Below are positions 21,486 through 32,645 of a stretch of 64,000 bases of DNA, piece after piece. The DNA comes from Candidatus Berkelbacteria bacterium (GTDB lineage Bacteria; Patescibacteriota; UBA1384; DTJR01): contig JAOUGE010000003.1 of the NCBI GenBank assembly GCA_029865605.1, positions 21,797 to 85,796 on the forward strand, in the 5' to 3' direction. Below the pieces are notes generated by a model. That model had not been told where the DNA came from. It saw nothing but the letters and a program-made list of their open reading frames with translations, and did not search any database. Positions within the stretch are counted from its first letter, which is position 1. Each line of letters starts with the position of its first letter. The position numbers and the translations under genes were made by a program.

Positions 21486-24400
21486 TTATTTTCTGAACCC
21501 TGTTCCAGCGGGAATTAGTTTACCAATAATCACATTCTCTTTCAAGCCTCTTAGGTTGTCCTCGGACCCGTCAATTGCAGCATTAATCAAAACACTCGTT
21601 GTTTCCTGAAACGAGGCTGCTGCCAGAAAACTTTCGGTTTTTAGAGCAACCCTTGTTATACCCATAACTATCGGCTCAACTGTAAGTTCTTTTCGACCCT
21701 TTTTACCCACCCCTTTTTGTGCCTTTTCATACTCGATGCGATCAATTATCTGCCCTGGAACGAAGCCGCTTGAACCCTCGTCAACAACTTTTAGCTTTGA
21801 CAACATCTGCCGGACTATTACTTCAAGGTGCTTGTCATTAATAGATTGGCCCTGCGAAGAATATATTGCTTTTGTTTCACGGATAATATATTTAATCACC
21901 TCCTCTTTTCCTTGAAGCCGGAGCGAGCTGGAAAGATTAAGGTGGCCTTCAGAAAGAATTTCGCCCTTTTTCACTTTTTGACCATCCTTAACTGAAACTA
22001 TCATCACCGGACTAATGTCATATTTAACCGAAACCTTATCTTTCGACTGTATTTCCACTTTGTTCTTAGAAACCTTAGCAACACCGTTTATGCTAGCTCT
22101 TACCGCTTTTTTATCCTTACACAAGGCTATCGCCTTTTTCGCTTTGACTAAATCTCCATCTTTAACTGCCAGTTGATAATCATGAGGAATATTCAGCTCC
22201 TCGCGCATAGGCTCGTCAGAAATAACTTCAACTGATACTGCCCCTTGTGTTTTGTAGATCTTAACTATTCCATCTAATTCGCTAATCGGCGCCTCGTATT
22301 TAGGGCGACGAGCCTCAAAAATCTCCTCAACCCTTGGTAATCCAGACGTTATGTCTTCCCCGGTAACTCCCCCCAGGTGAAATGTCTTCATCGTTAACTG
22401 AGTTCCGGGCTCTCCGATGGCTTGAGCGGCAATTATCCCGACGGCAACTCCCAGCTCAACAATGGCGCCCGTCCCCAAATCTATCCCATAACACATTTGA
22501 CAAGTACCAAACTTAGTATCACAAAATGCAACCGAACGTACGACAACCGTTTCTACGTCAGAATTTTCAATCTCCCGCGCTTTTTCCTTGCCTATTTCAC
22601 CATTAGCTTTGACTAATATTTTCCTCCCCGACCTGACATCTCCAACAGTCACTCTACCTTCAAGTCTTTCGGCAAATGTCTCGCCAAAGGCTTCCGACTC
22701 GCCTCTATTAATATTCAGCCCCTCCTTGGTACCACAGTCTTTTTCCCTAATAATCACGTCTTGCGCGACATCAACCAACCTTCTAGTAAGATAGCCAGCA
22801 TCGGAAGTCCTTAGGGAGGTGTCTGATCTTCCTTTCCTCGATCCATGAGAAGAAATAAAGTATTCAAACACATTTAACCCGCCCTTATAGTTAGAAGTAA
22901 TGGGAATCTCAATTATCTCGCCCGCAGGGTTAACAACCAACCCTTTCATGCCTGCCATCTGAGTAAGCTGAGCAACTGATCCCCTTGTTCCTGAGGCAAC
23001 ATACATGTAAACTGGATTTTCTCTAGAAAAGCCGCTTACCATTGACTTTTCAATTTTATTTCTAGCTTCGTTCCAAAGATCAATAACCCTTACGCTTTTT
23101 TCTTCCGCGGTTATAAGACCTCTTCTTAACTGCATTTCGATTTCATCAATCTTATTCTGAGTAGATGAAATAACATCCGCTTTTAACTGGGGAACCTCGA
23201 TATCGTCCATACCAATTGAAAGACCGGAGAGAGTTGCTTGCTCAAACCCTAAGTCCTTTATCTTATCTAAAACATCCGAAGTCATTTCAGACCCATGTCT
23301 CTTAAAAATATCAGAGATTATTTTTTTCATCATTTTGGCGTCGATGGGCTTATTAATGAAGTCGAAGTCATCCGGGAAGATATTATTGAATAGAATCCTT
23401 CCTACACAGGTTATAGCAACGTTTTCCTTCTCGCTTTCAAAATCACTTTCTTTTATGCGATCGTCCATCTTTACCATAATCTTCGTATTTATATCAATAT
23501 TTCCAGTTTGCCAGGCCATAATCGCTTCGTTCTTGCCTGAGTATGCTTTGGGCTTAATAGAATCATCAACAATTTTAGTCACAAAATAACTTCCCAAAAC
23601 CATATCAAAGCGGGGAGTCACAATCGGTTCTCCCGAAGCAGGTTTTAGAAGGTTTTTAGTTGACATCATTATTGCTTTTGATTCATCCCTCGCCTTCGAG
23701 GAAAGCGGAACATGAACAGCCATCTGGTCTCCATCAAAGTCGGCATTAAAAGCCTGGCAGACAAGCGGATGAATCTGAATGGCTTTTCCTTCGATTAAAA
23801 CGGGCAGAAAGGCCTGAATCCCGAGTCTGTGAAGCGTAGGCGCGCGGTTTAAAAGAACGTGGTGCTCAGAAGTTATCTCTTCCAAAATGTCCCAAACTAC
23901 GGGGGCTTTCGTTTCTATCAGCTTAGTGGCGTTTTTAACATTATAAACATGGCCGTCTTTAATTAATCTTGAGATGACAAAGGTTTTAAATAACTCTAGG
24001 GCCATTACTTTCGGAACACCGCATTGGCTAAGTTTCAATTCAGGTCCTATTACAATAACGCTCCGACCCGAATAATCTACTCTTTTACCTAGAAGGTTTT
24101 GCCTAAACCTGCCCTGTTTCCCCCTGAGAATATCCGAAAGCGACCTTAGTTTTCTCTGATTTCCCGTAACCGCCGCCTTCCCTCGTCTTGCCGAATTATC
24201 TATCAATGCATCAACTGCCTCTTGGAGCATTCTTTTCTCGTTTCTGCATATAACTTCAGGTGCTCCTGCCCCAATCAGTTTTTTCAGGCGATTATTCCGA
24301 TTCAAAACCCTACGATAAAGGTCGTTTAAATCGGAAGCGGCAAATCTGCCACCGTCAAGCTGAACCATAGGTCTCAAATCAGGGGGAATAACAGGTACCC

Positions 24401-25262
24401 TCACCAAGACCAACCACTCCGGTCGCACGACAGCTTGTCTCATCGAATTAAAAACCCTCAATCTCTTAAGAAGCTTCTTTCTATTCGCGGTTACTTGGGT
24501 TTCCAGTCTCGTTGAAATATTTTTAATTTCTTCGCTTATATCAACCGACTTCAAAAGTTCGAGAATCGCCTCGGCCCCTATCCCAACCCTGATCAATTGA
24601 CCATATTTCAAAGATATTGCGTTAAATTCTGGCTCGCTTAAGACCTTTTTTCTCTCAAGTGAGGCTATCTCTTGCTTCGATCGCTTATAGGCAGCCTCGA
24701 GTTTCTGTGTCGCTATTTCATTCGATTTTATCTTGGGGTCTTTCTTGGCTTCTTCATACTCCTTCTGTAGCTGCTCAATCGATTCCTTTTTCAGATTTTC
24801 GTCAATTTCGAGAATTACATAGGCAGCAAAATAAGTTACCGCCTCAATATCAGAAATAGACATATCGAGAATAGTCCCAATTATGCCACCGCCGCCGCGC
24901 AAATACCAAACATGAACCACAGGCACGACTAAGTCAATATGTCCCATCCGTTCGCGCCTAACAGAGCTCCGGGTGACTTCAACCCCGCAGCGATCACAAA
25001 TGACTCCCTTATATCTTATTTTTTTATACTTGCCGCAGTAACATTCCCAGTCCTTAACTGGGCCAAACACCTTTTCATCAAAAAGTCCGTCTCTTTCTGG
25101 TTTTTGTGTCCGATAATTAATAGTCTCCGGCTTCGTGATTTCGCCATAAGACCAACTTAAAATCTCCTCAGGGCTCGCGACAGAAAGCCTCACCTTTTCA
25201 AAATCCCTAGGAATATTTTCCCTACCGGCCTTATAAAGCTTAGCTTCGGTATTATTTGCCAT
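21486..25262 (-). CDS. rpoC: RNA polymerase beta' subunit
   Basis: [33 protein letters not shown]; start placed at MANNTE. Confidence 0.99.
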   Translation of the reverse strand: MANNTEAKLYKAGRENIPRDFEKVRLSVASPEEILSWSYGEITKPETINYRTQKPERDGLFDEKVFGPVKDWECYCGKYKKIRYKGVICDRCGVEVTRSSVRRERMGHIDLVVPVVHVWYLRGGGGIIGTILDMSISDIEAVTYFAAYVILEIDENLKKESIEQLQKEYEEAKKDPKIKSNEIATQKLEAAYKRSKQEIASLERKKVLSEPEFNAISLKYGQLIRVGIGAEAILELLKSVDISEEIKNISTRLETQVTANRKKLLKRLRVFNSMRQAVVRPEWLVLVRVPVIPPDLRPMVQLDGGRFAASDLNDLYRRVLNRNNRLKKLIGAGAPEVICRNEKRMLQEAVDALIDNSARRGKAAVTGNQRKLRSLSDILRGKQGRFRQNLLGKRVDYSGRSVIVIGPELKLSQCGVPKVMALELFKTFVISRLIKDGHVYNVKNATKLIETKAPVVWDILEEITSEHHVLLNRAPTLHRLGIQAFLPVLIEGKAIQIHPLVCQAFNADFDGDQMAVHVPLSSKARDESKAIMMSTKNLLKPASGEPIVTPRFDMVLGSYFVTKIVDDSIKPKAYSGKNEAIMAWQTGNIDINTKIMVKMDDRIKESDFESEKENVAITCVGRILFNNIFPDDFDFINKPIDAKMMKKIISDIFKRHGSEMTSDVLDKIKDLGFEQATLSGLSIGMDDIEVPQLKADVISSTQNKIDEIEMQLRRGLITAEEKSVRVIDLWNEARNKIEKSMVSGFSRENPVYMYVASGTRGSVAQLTQMAGMKGLVVNPAGEIIEIPITSNYKGGLNVFEYFISSHGSRKGRSDTSLRTSDAGYLTRRLVDVAQDVIIREKDCGTKEGLNINRGESEAFGETFAERLEGRVTVGDVRSGRKILVKANGEIGKEKAREIENSDVETVVVRSVAFCDTKFGTCQMCYGIDLGTGAIVELGVAVGIIAAQAIGEPGTQLTMKTFHLGGVTGEDITSGLPRVEEIFEARRPKYEAPISELDGIVKIYKTQGAVSVEVISDEPMREELNIPHDYQLAVKDGDLVKAKKAIALCKDKKAVRASINGVAKVSKNKVEIQSKDKVSVKYDISPVMIVSVKDGQKVKKGEILSEGHLNLSSSLRLQGKEEVIKYIIRETKAIYSSQGQSINDKHLEVIVRQMLSKLKVVDEGSSGFVPGQIIDRIEYEKAQKGVGKKGRKELTVEPIVMGITRVALKTESFLAAASFQETTSVLINAAIDGSEDNLRGLKENVIIGKLIPAGTGFRK

Positions 25263-28200
25263 TTTTCTCCTCAATCGGCTTCTCTGCAGGCGGATTTTCT
25301 TCCTGATTAGCATAAATCTCCGTTAATTCACGGTCTTGTTTCTCCTCCTTTAAATTTTTGTCCGCCTTGGTCTCTTTTGGATTTATAGTTGCAGCACCAG
25401 TTACGGAAACCTTATCTTCTTCTTTTCTAACTGACTCACTCGAAATCATATCTACGGACAAACCCAGACTCTGAAGCTCTCTAACCAAAACACTGAAAGA
25501 AGCTGGGACCGAAGGCCTTTCTATTTCCTCACCTTTTATAATCGCCTCGTACGCCCTAGAACGTCCGATAACATCATCGGACTTAATTGTCAGCATTTCC
25601 TGCAACGAATTAGCAGCGCCATATGCCTCTAAGGCCCAAACTTCCATTTCCCCAAAACGTTGACCGCCAAACTGAGCCTTACCTCCTAGCGGCTGTTGAG
25701 TAACCATTGAGTATGGCCCAACCGACCTAGCATGCATTTTATCATCGACAAGATGAGCCAGTTTTAGCATATAGATTACGCCCACACTCACTCTCTCAGC
25801 AAAAGGCTCTCCGGATTTACCATCGTAGAGAATCATTTTCCCGTCCTGATCAAACCCAGCTTTCTTAAGCTCCTCTTTAATCTTAGAAATTCTGACCCCG
25901 TCGAATATCGGTGAAATAACTTTATAGCCGAGTTTCTGGGCTGCTAACCCAAGGTGCGTTTCTAATATCTGTCCCAAATTCATTCTCGAAACGACTCCGA
26001 GAGGATTTAAAATAATGTCAACAGGAGTACCGTCTTTAAGATAGGGCATATCTTCTTGCGGCAGTATCATCGAAATTACCCCCTTATTACCGTGACGCCC
26101 CGCCAGCTTGTCCCCAACCGATATTTTCCTAAGCTGGGCGACAGATATTTCAACCATCTGGTAGACACCTTCCGGTAATTCATCACCAGCATCCTTGGAG
26201 AACAACTTAACCTCTATTACCTTTCCTTTTTCACCGTGAGGCAGTCTCAAAGAAGTATCCTTAACATCCTTAGCCTTTTCACCAAAAATCGCTCTCAACA
26301 ACTTCTCTTCAACAGTCAGCTCGGTTTCTCCCTTGGGAGAAATTTTACCCACCAAAATTTCACCAGCCTCAACTTCGGCGCCGATTCTGACAATTCCACC
26401 TTCGTCTAAATTCGCTAGAGCCTCTTCTCCAACATTAGGAATATCTCTGGTTATAAGCTCTGGTCCTAATTTAGTGTCCCTAACCTCAATCGCATATTTT
26501 TCAATATGAACGGAGGTTAAAATATCATCCTTAACCAACCTCTCGGAAATGATAATAGCGTCCTCATAATTCCCGCCACGATAACTCATAAAAGCAACCA
26601 AAACATTTCTTCCAAGAGACAGCTCTCCGCGATCGGTCGAGGGACCATCGGCGATTATTTCACCTCTGCTAACTTTCTCCCCCTGTGACACTAAAATTTT
26701 CTGGTTAATACAGGTAGCCTGATTAGATCGGACGAATTTATTAAGTTTGTGCTGATGACGATTGCCTTTTTTATCTTTTACCGTAACCCTATCGCCCCAA
26801 GCCTCCTCAACAACCCCCTCAACACTTGATGTTAAAACGTGGCCAGACGCCAAAGCCGCATCTTGTTCCATGCCCGTTCCGATCAAAGGAGACTCATTTA
26901 TAACTAAAGGAACTGCCTGCCTCTGCATATTGGATCCCATATTCGCCCTGACCGCATCATCATGTTCGATAAAAGGAATTAGGGCAGTGGTTATTGAAGC
27001 AATTTGCTGAGGCGAAACATCCATATACTGAATCGAGTTAACCGGTTCAATTGAAGGACGGCCAAACTTTCTAACCGGGATGTTTCTGCCGACGATACAA
27101 CCATTTTTATCTACTTCTGCTGAAGATGGAGCAATAACCGTTTTCTCCTCACTCGAAGCATCAAGATAAACTATTTTCTTGGTTACCCTCATCTTCGACT
27201 GTTTTTTCTCAACTACTAAATACGGAGTTTCAATAAACCCATACTCGTTTACTATCCCATATGACGCCAGATAGCCTACCAGGCCAATATTGGGACCTTC
27301 GGGCGTTTCAATCGGGCATATTCTTCCATAGTGCGACTGGTGAACATCTCTCACCTCAAAACCCGCCCTCTCTCTTGACAGGCCGCCCGGACCCGTTGCC
27401 GAGAGAGTTCTTTTATGCTCAAGTTCGCTTAATGGGTTCGTTTGATTCATAAATTGTGACATCTGCGATGAGGCAAAAAACTCTTGCAAAACAGCCACGA
27501 TAGGGCGGGAATTAACCAGCTGAGCAGGCGTAGCGCTGTCAGGTTCGACAATGCTCATCCTATCTTTGATAATTCTCTCCATCCTTAAAAACCCGACTCT
27601 AAGCCTCGACTGGACAAGTTCGCCAACTGACCTGACGCGCCGGTTTTTCAAGTGATCAATATCATCCGGTTCTGCCGTAGGATCATTATTAAGTCTAATT
27701 ATCTCCTTAACGATCTCGATTACGTCCGCTACCCTCAGCACCCGTCCGGAAATATCATCCTTTGTTTTAAGCTCAAGCCTCCTATTTAACTTATACCTGC
27801 CAACCTTACCCAGATCGTACCTCTTTGGGTTAAAAAATAAGGCGTCTAAAAATATCTTGGCCGCTTCAGCGGTAGCCAAATCTCCCGGCCTGATTCGTTT
27901 GTAAACTTCAATCATGGCCGATTCCCTGTCTTTAGAGGGGTCTTTGGAGAGAGTCTGTTCGATATATTTTAGATCAATGTCGTCGTCTACGTCCGAAAAG
28001 GTGTCTTGAATTTTTATATTTGATTCTAATCCTAAGGCCCTCAAAAATGTAGTCACAGGTATTTTTCTTTTTCTATCAACCTTAACGCTAATTACTCCTT
28101 TATTTGATGTTTCAAACTCAAGCCAAGCACCACGGCTCGGGATAAGTTTTGCTCCAAAAAACTTGCGGCCGGCGACCTCATTGGAAACAAAAATCACCCC

Positions 28201-28602
28201 GTAAGATCTCACAATCTGGGAGACAACCACTCTTTCGATACCATTGATTATAAAGGTCCCCCGATCAGTCATTACTGGAAAATCTCCCAAAAAAACCCTT
28301 GAAGCCTTTTTTTTGTTGGTTGTCTTACTGTGAAGGACCACATCGCAAGTCAAAGGCGCCTTATAGGTCAGATTTTTATTCTTGGCAGTCAGTTCGTCAA
28401 CCTTTGGTTCGCCAAGCGAATACTCGCCAAACTCAAGCGTCATCGATTCACCGGTAAAGTCATCGACTGGACTGATTTCTTCCAAGAGCTCTCTTATGCC
28501 TTCCTCGAAAAGCCAACTATAAGAATTCTTTTGAATTTCTATTAAATTCGGTAGGGCAACTTTAAGATATTCTTTAGAAAAATTAACTCTACTTTGTGGC
28601 AT
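25252..28602 (-). CDS. rpoB: RNA polymerase beta subunit
   Basis: ETPEGPNIGL, GDKLAGRHGNKG, GGQRFGEMEVWALEAYGAA. Confidence 0.99.
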   Translation of the reverse strand: MPQSRVNFSKEYLKVALPNLIEIQKNSYSWLFEEGIRELLEEISPVDDFTGESMTLEFGEYSLGEPKVDELTAKNKNLTYKAPLTCDVVLHSKTTNKKKASRVFLGDFPVMTDRGTFIINGIERVVVSQIVRSYGVIFVSNEVAGRKFFGAKLIPSRGAWLEFETSNKGVISVKVDRKRKIPVTTFLRALGLESNIKIQDTFSDVDDDIDLKYIEQTLSKDPSKDRESAMIEVYKRIRPGDLATAEAAKIFLDALFFNPKRYDLGKVGRYKLNRRLELKTKDDISGRVLRVADVIEIVKEIIRLNNDPTAEPDDIDHLKNRRVRSVGELVQSRLRVGFLRMERIIKDRMSIVEPDSATPAQLVNSRPIVAVLQEFFASSQMSQFMNQTNPLSELEHKRTLSATGPGGLSRERAGFEVRDVHQSHYGRICPIETPEGPNIGLVGYLASYGIVNEYGFIETPYLVVEKKQSKMRVTKKIVYLDASSEEKTVIAPSSAEVDKNGCIVGRNIPVRKFGRPSIEPVNSIQYMDVSPQQIASITTALIPFIEHDDAVRANMGSNMQRQAVPLVINESPLIGTGMEQDAALASGHVLTSSVEGVVEEAWGDRVTVKDKKGNRHQHKLNKFVRSNQATCINQKILVSQGEKVSRGEIIADGPSTDRGELSLGRNVLVAFMSYRGGNYEDAIIISERLVKDDILTSVHIEKYAIEVRDTKLGPELITRDIPNVGEEALANLDEGGIVRIGAEVEAGEILVGKISPKGETELTVEEKLLRAIFGEKAKDVKDTSLRLPHGEKGKVIEVKLFSKDAGDELPEGVYQMVEISVAQLRKISVGDKLAGRHGNKGVISMILPQEDMPYLKDGTPVDIILNPLGVVSRMNLGQILETHLGLAAQKLGYKVISPIFDGVRISKIKEELKKAGFDQDGKMILYDGKSGEPFAERVSVGVIYMLKLAHLVDDKMHARSVGPYSMVTQQPLGGKAQFGGQRFGEMEVWALEAYGAANSLQEMLTIKSDDVIGRSRAYEAIIKGEEIERPSVPASFSVLVRELQSLGLSVDMISSESVRKEEDKVSVTGAATINPKETKADKNLKEEKQDRELTEIYANQEENPPAEKPIEEKNGK

Positions 28603-28747
28603 AAATTACTTACCTTCTAGTATTTTGCAACACACAAATGCCCCTCACAAAAGTAAGGAAACAACCTCCTCCTATTTTAATCGAGGATTTGTCCCACTAA
28701 CCTTATTTTATCTTAGCTCTTATCTCCCTTTACACAATCATTGCCTT

Positions 28748-28782
28748 AATATTAACTAAAATAAAATCATTGTCAACCCCCC
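28748..28782 (-). promoter_or_regulatory. Putative rpoB operon promoter
   Basis: Minus strand GGGGGG-TTGACA (28776-28771), then 16-17 nt, then TAATAT/AATATT. Confidence 0.55.
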
Positions 28783-28791
28783 AAACTTAAA

Positions 28792-29134
28792 AGCCTGACC
28801 ATTTGATAAGCCGGGTTCTGTTTGTGTAGTCATTTATCTAATGCGTCGGGACCCGTGGACATCAAGCGAGTAGCTTTAATGATGATGTGCGGGCCCACCC
28901 GACTTGCACCAGGAAGGAGTTTCGCCCCTCAATGTCTTCCGACACTGAGTTGTGGTCTCTTACACCACCTCTTTTCACCCTTGCTGCCCCGCATAAGCGA
29001 GGTTAGCGGTATAGTCTCTGTGCTACTATCCCTGGGGTCACCCCCGTCCCGCTTACGCGGGATACCCTACTCTTCGGTGCCCGGACTTTCCTCCCCCGCC
29101 TCAGACGGGGGCGACTACTTCAAATGGTCAGGCT
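28792..29134 (-). ncRNA. rnpB: RNase P RNA (type A-like, compact)
   Basis: Minus strand GAGGAAAGTCCGGGC and ACAGAACCCGGCTTA (P4); 15-bp terminal P1 AGCCTGACCATTTGA/TCAAATGGTCAGGCT; upstream TGCTAGAAT. Confidence 0.96.
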
Positions 29135-29172
29135 AAACAATTCTAGCAAATAATTAGGTTTTTTTCAAGAGG

Positions 29173-31956
29173 TCACAGAAGAAATTTTAAAAACTGCCCG
29201 GTTTGAGACGCCTTGCATTTAGCAATGCCCTCCGGCCTGCCGGAAACAACTATTCTCCCCCCCTCCTTACCACCGCTGGGTCCCATATCAATAATCCAGT
29301 CAGCAGATTTAATCACATCAAGATTATGTTCAATAACTAAAACAGTATTCCCGCGATCTACCAATTCCTGCAACACTTTTAATAACCTACCGATATCCTC
29401 AAAATGAAGACCAGTTGTCGGTTCATCTAATATATAAATTGTTTTACCTGTTGACGGCCTCGAAAGCTCGGTAGCCAGCTTAATTCTTTGCGCCTCCCCA
29501 CCAGAAAGAGAGGTAGCGCTTTGCCCCAGCGGCAGATAGCCCAAACCGACCTTTCTCAAAACCTCAATCTTATCCATCACCTCCTGGCAGTCAGAAAAGA
29601 ATTCACTCGCCTCATCCACGCTCATTTCTAAAACGTCCGCAATAGATTTCCCTTTATACTTAACCGCTAAAGTCTCTTGATTATAGCGCTTCCCAGAACA
29701 CTCCTCGCAAAGTACATATACATCTTCCATAAAAAACATTTCTATCTTTATATAGCCGTCACCGCGACAATTTTCACATCTTCCTCCTTTAAGGTTGAAG
29801 CTAAATTGACTAGCATTAAAATTTCTGGTGCTTGCATCAGGCTGGGAGGCAAAAATTTCTCGGACTGGCGTGAAAAGCCCGGTAAAGGTGGCCAGGTTAC
29901 TGCGAGGAGTACGACCGATCGGGGATTGATCGATTTTTATCGCTTTGTCCAAACCCTCGATTCCTAAAATATCATTGCACTCTCCTGGTATTTCTTGTGA
30001 CCTATTCAGCTTCGCAGCAAACTTCTTGGCTATTACATCATAAACAAGCGAGGACTTGCCACTCCCTGAAACGCCAGTCACACAAGTAAAAAGCCCCAGT
30101 GGGATTTTCACATCAATATCCTTCAGATTATTATGCCTAGCACCTTTTATTTCAAAATAACCCAGAACTGGTTCCCGTCGGGACTTCGGTACCTCGATTT
30201 TTTTTCTCCCGCTGAGATACTGCCCTGTAACTGAAAGCGGATTAGCTTTTATCTCTTTCGTTGTCCCCCGGGCAACGATAGTTCCGCCCTCCCTACCAGC
30301 TCCCGGTCCCATATCGATAATATAGTCTGAGCTTTCAATGACTGATCTGTCGTGTTCAACAACAACCACAGTATTGCCCTCCTTTTTCAACTTCTCAAAC
30401 GCCTTAATAAGCTTAACCGTATCGGCACTATGAAGGCTGATTGTTGGTTCGTCCATAACATAAAGTGCTCCGCTCAAGAAGGAATCAAATTGAATTCCCA
30501 GCTTAATTCTTTGCGCCTCGCCCCCCGAAAGACTCTCGCTGCCTCGCGATAATGCCAGATACCCCAAGCCCATCATCTCAAGATTTTTCAACCTCTTTTC
30601 AACCTCTAGAATTAAGCTGGCAGCTTCTTTCGGCATAGTTTCCATCAAGCGCCTAACGAAGCTTAGAAGCGCTGGCACTTCTAAATCAGAGAGCTCACAA
30701 ATATTCATCCCTAAAACCTTAACTGATCCGGCGAAAGAGTTAAGTCTTTTTCCGCCACATTCTCCACAAATACTTTCGACCATATATTGTTCAATTTCCT
30801 GCCTAAGATAATCGGAGTCGGTTTCACGATATTTTCTCTCTAGATTATTAACGACGCCTTCAAAGTCACTCGTTCCATAAAGGATCGCCCTCAATACGTC
30901 CTCGCCAAGCTGCTCAACTGGCAAGTCGTTTGAAAAACTCATCTTTTTGGATAATTCCTTTAAAGAGCTCATCAGCGCCCCATTTTGATTAGCTAGTCTA
31001 ACCCATGGTCTAATTGCTCCCTCAGCAATGGTCAGTTTCTTATTCGGAACAACCAGGTCGGGATTAATTTTCATAACCCTACCCAACCCCTGACAAACCT
31101 GGCAGGCACCATGAGGACTATTAAATGAAAATAGTCTAGGCTGAATTGCGGGAAAAACGATCGAGCAACTAGCACAAGACGGTTGTTTAGAAACAAACTC
31201 TTTCTGCCCGTTTATTTCAAGCTCTAAAGTATCCCCCCCGAGCTCAAAACCCTTCTTCAAAGCCCTCAAGATCTCCGCTCGCTCAGTCTTTTTTAAATTA
31301 CCCTCTATGCTAATTTTTAAAACTTGGGCTTCAATTGTGTGCACCTGCGACCTGACAAGGGCCACTTTTTCAATATACTGCCGACCATATTCCTCGCCGT
31401 CAACTCTAAACCTACTAAACGCAGAACGCGCCAGTTTCTTTAAAAGATCTTCGTGGGTGCCTTTAACAGACCTGACAATCGTTGTATAAATAGTAATTTC
31501 TTTTTTTTCAAAACCGTTCGCCTTAATTTTCGAATAGACAGTTTCAGCTACTTTCTCAAGACTAGACCCAAGAACAAGCTCTTTTTTACAATTTGGGCAA
31601 TGAATATTACCAAAACGAGCAAAAAGAATTCTCAAATAATCATAAATCTCTGTCAGCGTACCAACAGTCGACCTTGGCGACCGAGAAACACTTCTCTGGT
31701 CAATAGCAATAGCCGGGGGGATGCCTTCAATAGAATCAACGTCAGGTCTTTCAATCACGCCGATTACCTGCTTAGCATAAGAAGAGAGGTTCTCAACATA
31801 CCTTCTTTGGCCCTCGGCAAAAACTGTATCAAAGGCTAAAGACGACTTACCGCTCCCAGAAATCCCCGAGACAACAGTGATCTTCTCCTTGGGGATCTCC
31901 AAGGTAATATTTTTCAGGTTGTGAGTTCTGGCTCCCGTTATCCTAATCTTATTCAT
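29173..31956 (-). CDS. uvrA: Excinuclease ABC subunit A
   Basis: Two Walker A (G.SGSGKSS), LSGGEAQRIKL twice, Zn fingers, IDQSPIGRTPRSN. Confidence 0.97.
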   Translation of the reverse strand: MNKIRITGARTHNLKNITLEIPKEKITVVSGISGSGKSSLAFDTVFAEGQRRYVENLSSYAKQVIGVIERPDVDSIEGIPPAIAIDQRSVSRSPRSTVGTLTEIYDYLRILFARFGNIHCPNCKKELVLGSSLEKVAETVYSKIKANGFEKKEITIYTTIVRSVKGTHEDLLKKLARSAFSRFRVDGEEYGRQYIEKVALVRSQVHTIEAQVLKISIEGNLKKTERAEILRALKKGFELGGDTLELEINGQKEFVSKQPSCASCSIVFPAIQPRLFSFNSPHGACQVCQGLGRVMKINPDLVVPNKKLTIAEGAIRPWVRLANQNGALMSSLKELSKKMSFSNDLPVEQLGEDVLRAILYGTSDFEGVVNNLERKYRETDSDYLRQEIEQYMVESICGECGGKRLNSFAGSVKVLGMNICELSDLEVPALLSFVRRLMETMPKEAASLILEVEKRLKNLEMMGLGYLALSRGSESLSGGEAQRIKLGIQFDSFLSGALYVMDEPTISLHSADTVKLIKAFEKLKKEGNTVVVVEHDRSVIESSDYIIDMGPGAGREGGTIVARGTTKEIKANPLSVTGQYLSGRKKIEVPKSRREPVLGYFEIKGARHNNLKDIDVKIPLGLFTCVTGVSGSGKSSLVYDVIAKKFAAKLNRSQEIPGECNDILGIEGLDKAIKIDQSPIGRTPRSNLATFTGLFTPVREIFASQPDASTRNFNASQFSFNLKGGRCENCRGDGYIKIEMFFMEDVYVLCEECSGKRYNQETLAVKYKGKSIADVLEMSVDEASEFFSDCQEVMDKIEVLRKVGLGYLPLGQSATSLSGGEAQRIKLATELSRPSTGKTIYILDEPTTGLHFEDIGRLLKVLQELVDRGNTVLVIEHNLDVIKSADWIIDMGPSGGKEGGRIVVSGRPEGIAKCKASQTGQFLKFLL

Positions 31957-32098
31957 AAACTAAGGCGATTACTGCTAATTCTTGGCGAATATTAACAAAA
32001 AAACAATTAAAAATCAATACCCACGCTTTTGCAAAGTTTCACAATTTTGCTACAGTGCAAGCGGAACATCAAATATAAAGATAATTTGGGGAGGAAAA

Positions 32099-32638
32099 AT
32101 GAAACAACAGGAGGTCGGTACTATCGTAGGATCAAGCGTTCATCTGACCGGGACAATCAAAGACTCTTCCGATATAACTATCTTCGGCTCAATTGAGGGG
32201 GAAATTTTATCAGACCAACGGGTCATAATCGAAGAGTCTGCCCACGTGAAAGGCCCGATCAATGCCAACGAAGTCGTAATTAGTGGCCAAGTAGCCGGAA
32301 CAATTTCCGCCAAAAGCCGCTTAGAACTAAATCCTACAGGCACAATTAAAGGAAATGTTGATACAAGCGAACTGCTAATTCACGCCGGAGCCGTCTTTAT
32401 CGGAGAGTGCAGCATGCCGGACAAAAGAGCTGAAGGTGAAAAAGGAGAAGAATTTTTTGAGACTGAAGAAGAGGGTCTCAAGGAAAAATCAACTGAGGCC
32501 AAAAAAGAACAAGAAACGGAACCAAGCGATCTAATTTTCGGCAGGAAAGACGAAGAGAAAGATGAAGACAGTGACGAAGAAAGAGAAAGTGAAGAGATCA
32601 AGGCCAAGGAGGAAGAGAGCGAAAAAAGAAAAAAATAG
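32099..32638 (+). CDS. Bactofilin (polymer-forming cytoskeletal protein) with acidic C-terminal tail
   Basis: Beta-helix repeats G..I.G.I.G.I..GAVFIG.C.M; GGAGG before ATG 32099. Confidence 0.88.
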   Translation: MKQQEVGTIVGSSVHLTGTIKDSSDITIFGSIEGEILSDQRVIIEESAHVKGPINANEVVISGQVAGTISAKSRLELNPTGTIKGNVDTSELLIHAGAVFIGECSMPDKRAEGEKGEEFFETEEEGLKEKSTEAKKEQETEPSDLIFGRKDEEKDEDSDEERESEEIKAKEEESEKRKK

Positions 32639-32645
32639 TAACTAG

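Noticed and set aside
28603-28745. ~140-nt rpoB 5' leader as a regulatory RNA
   Set aside because: Only weak hairpins by eye; cannot support without comparative data
28822-29136. 104-aa plus-strand ORF
   Set aside because: Antisense shadow of the RNase P RNA gene
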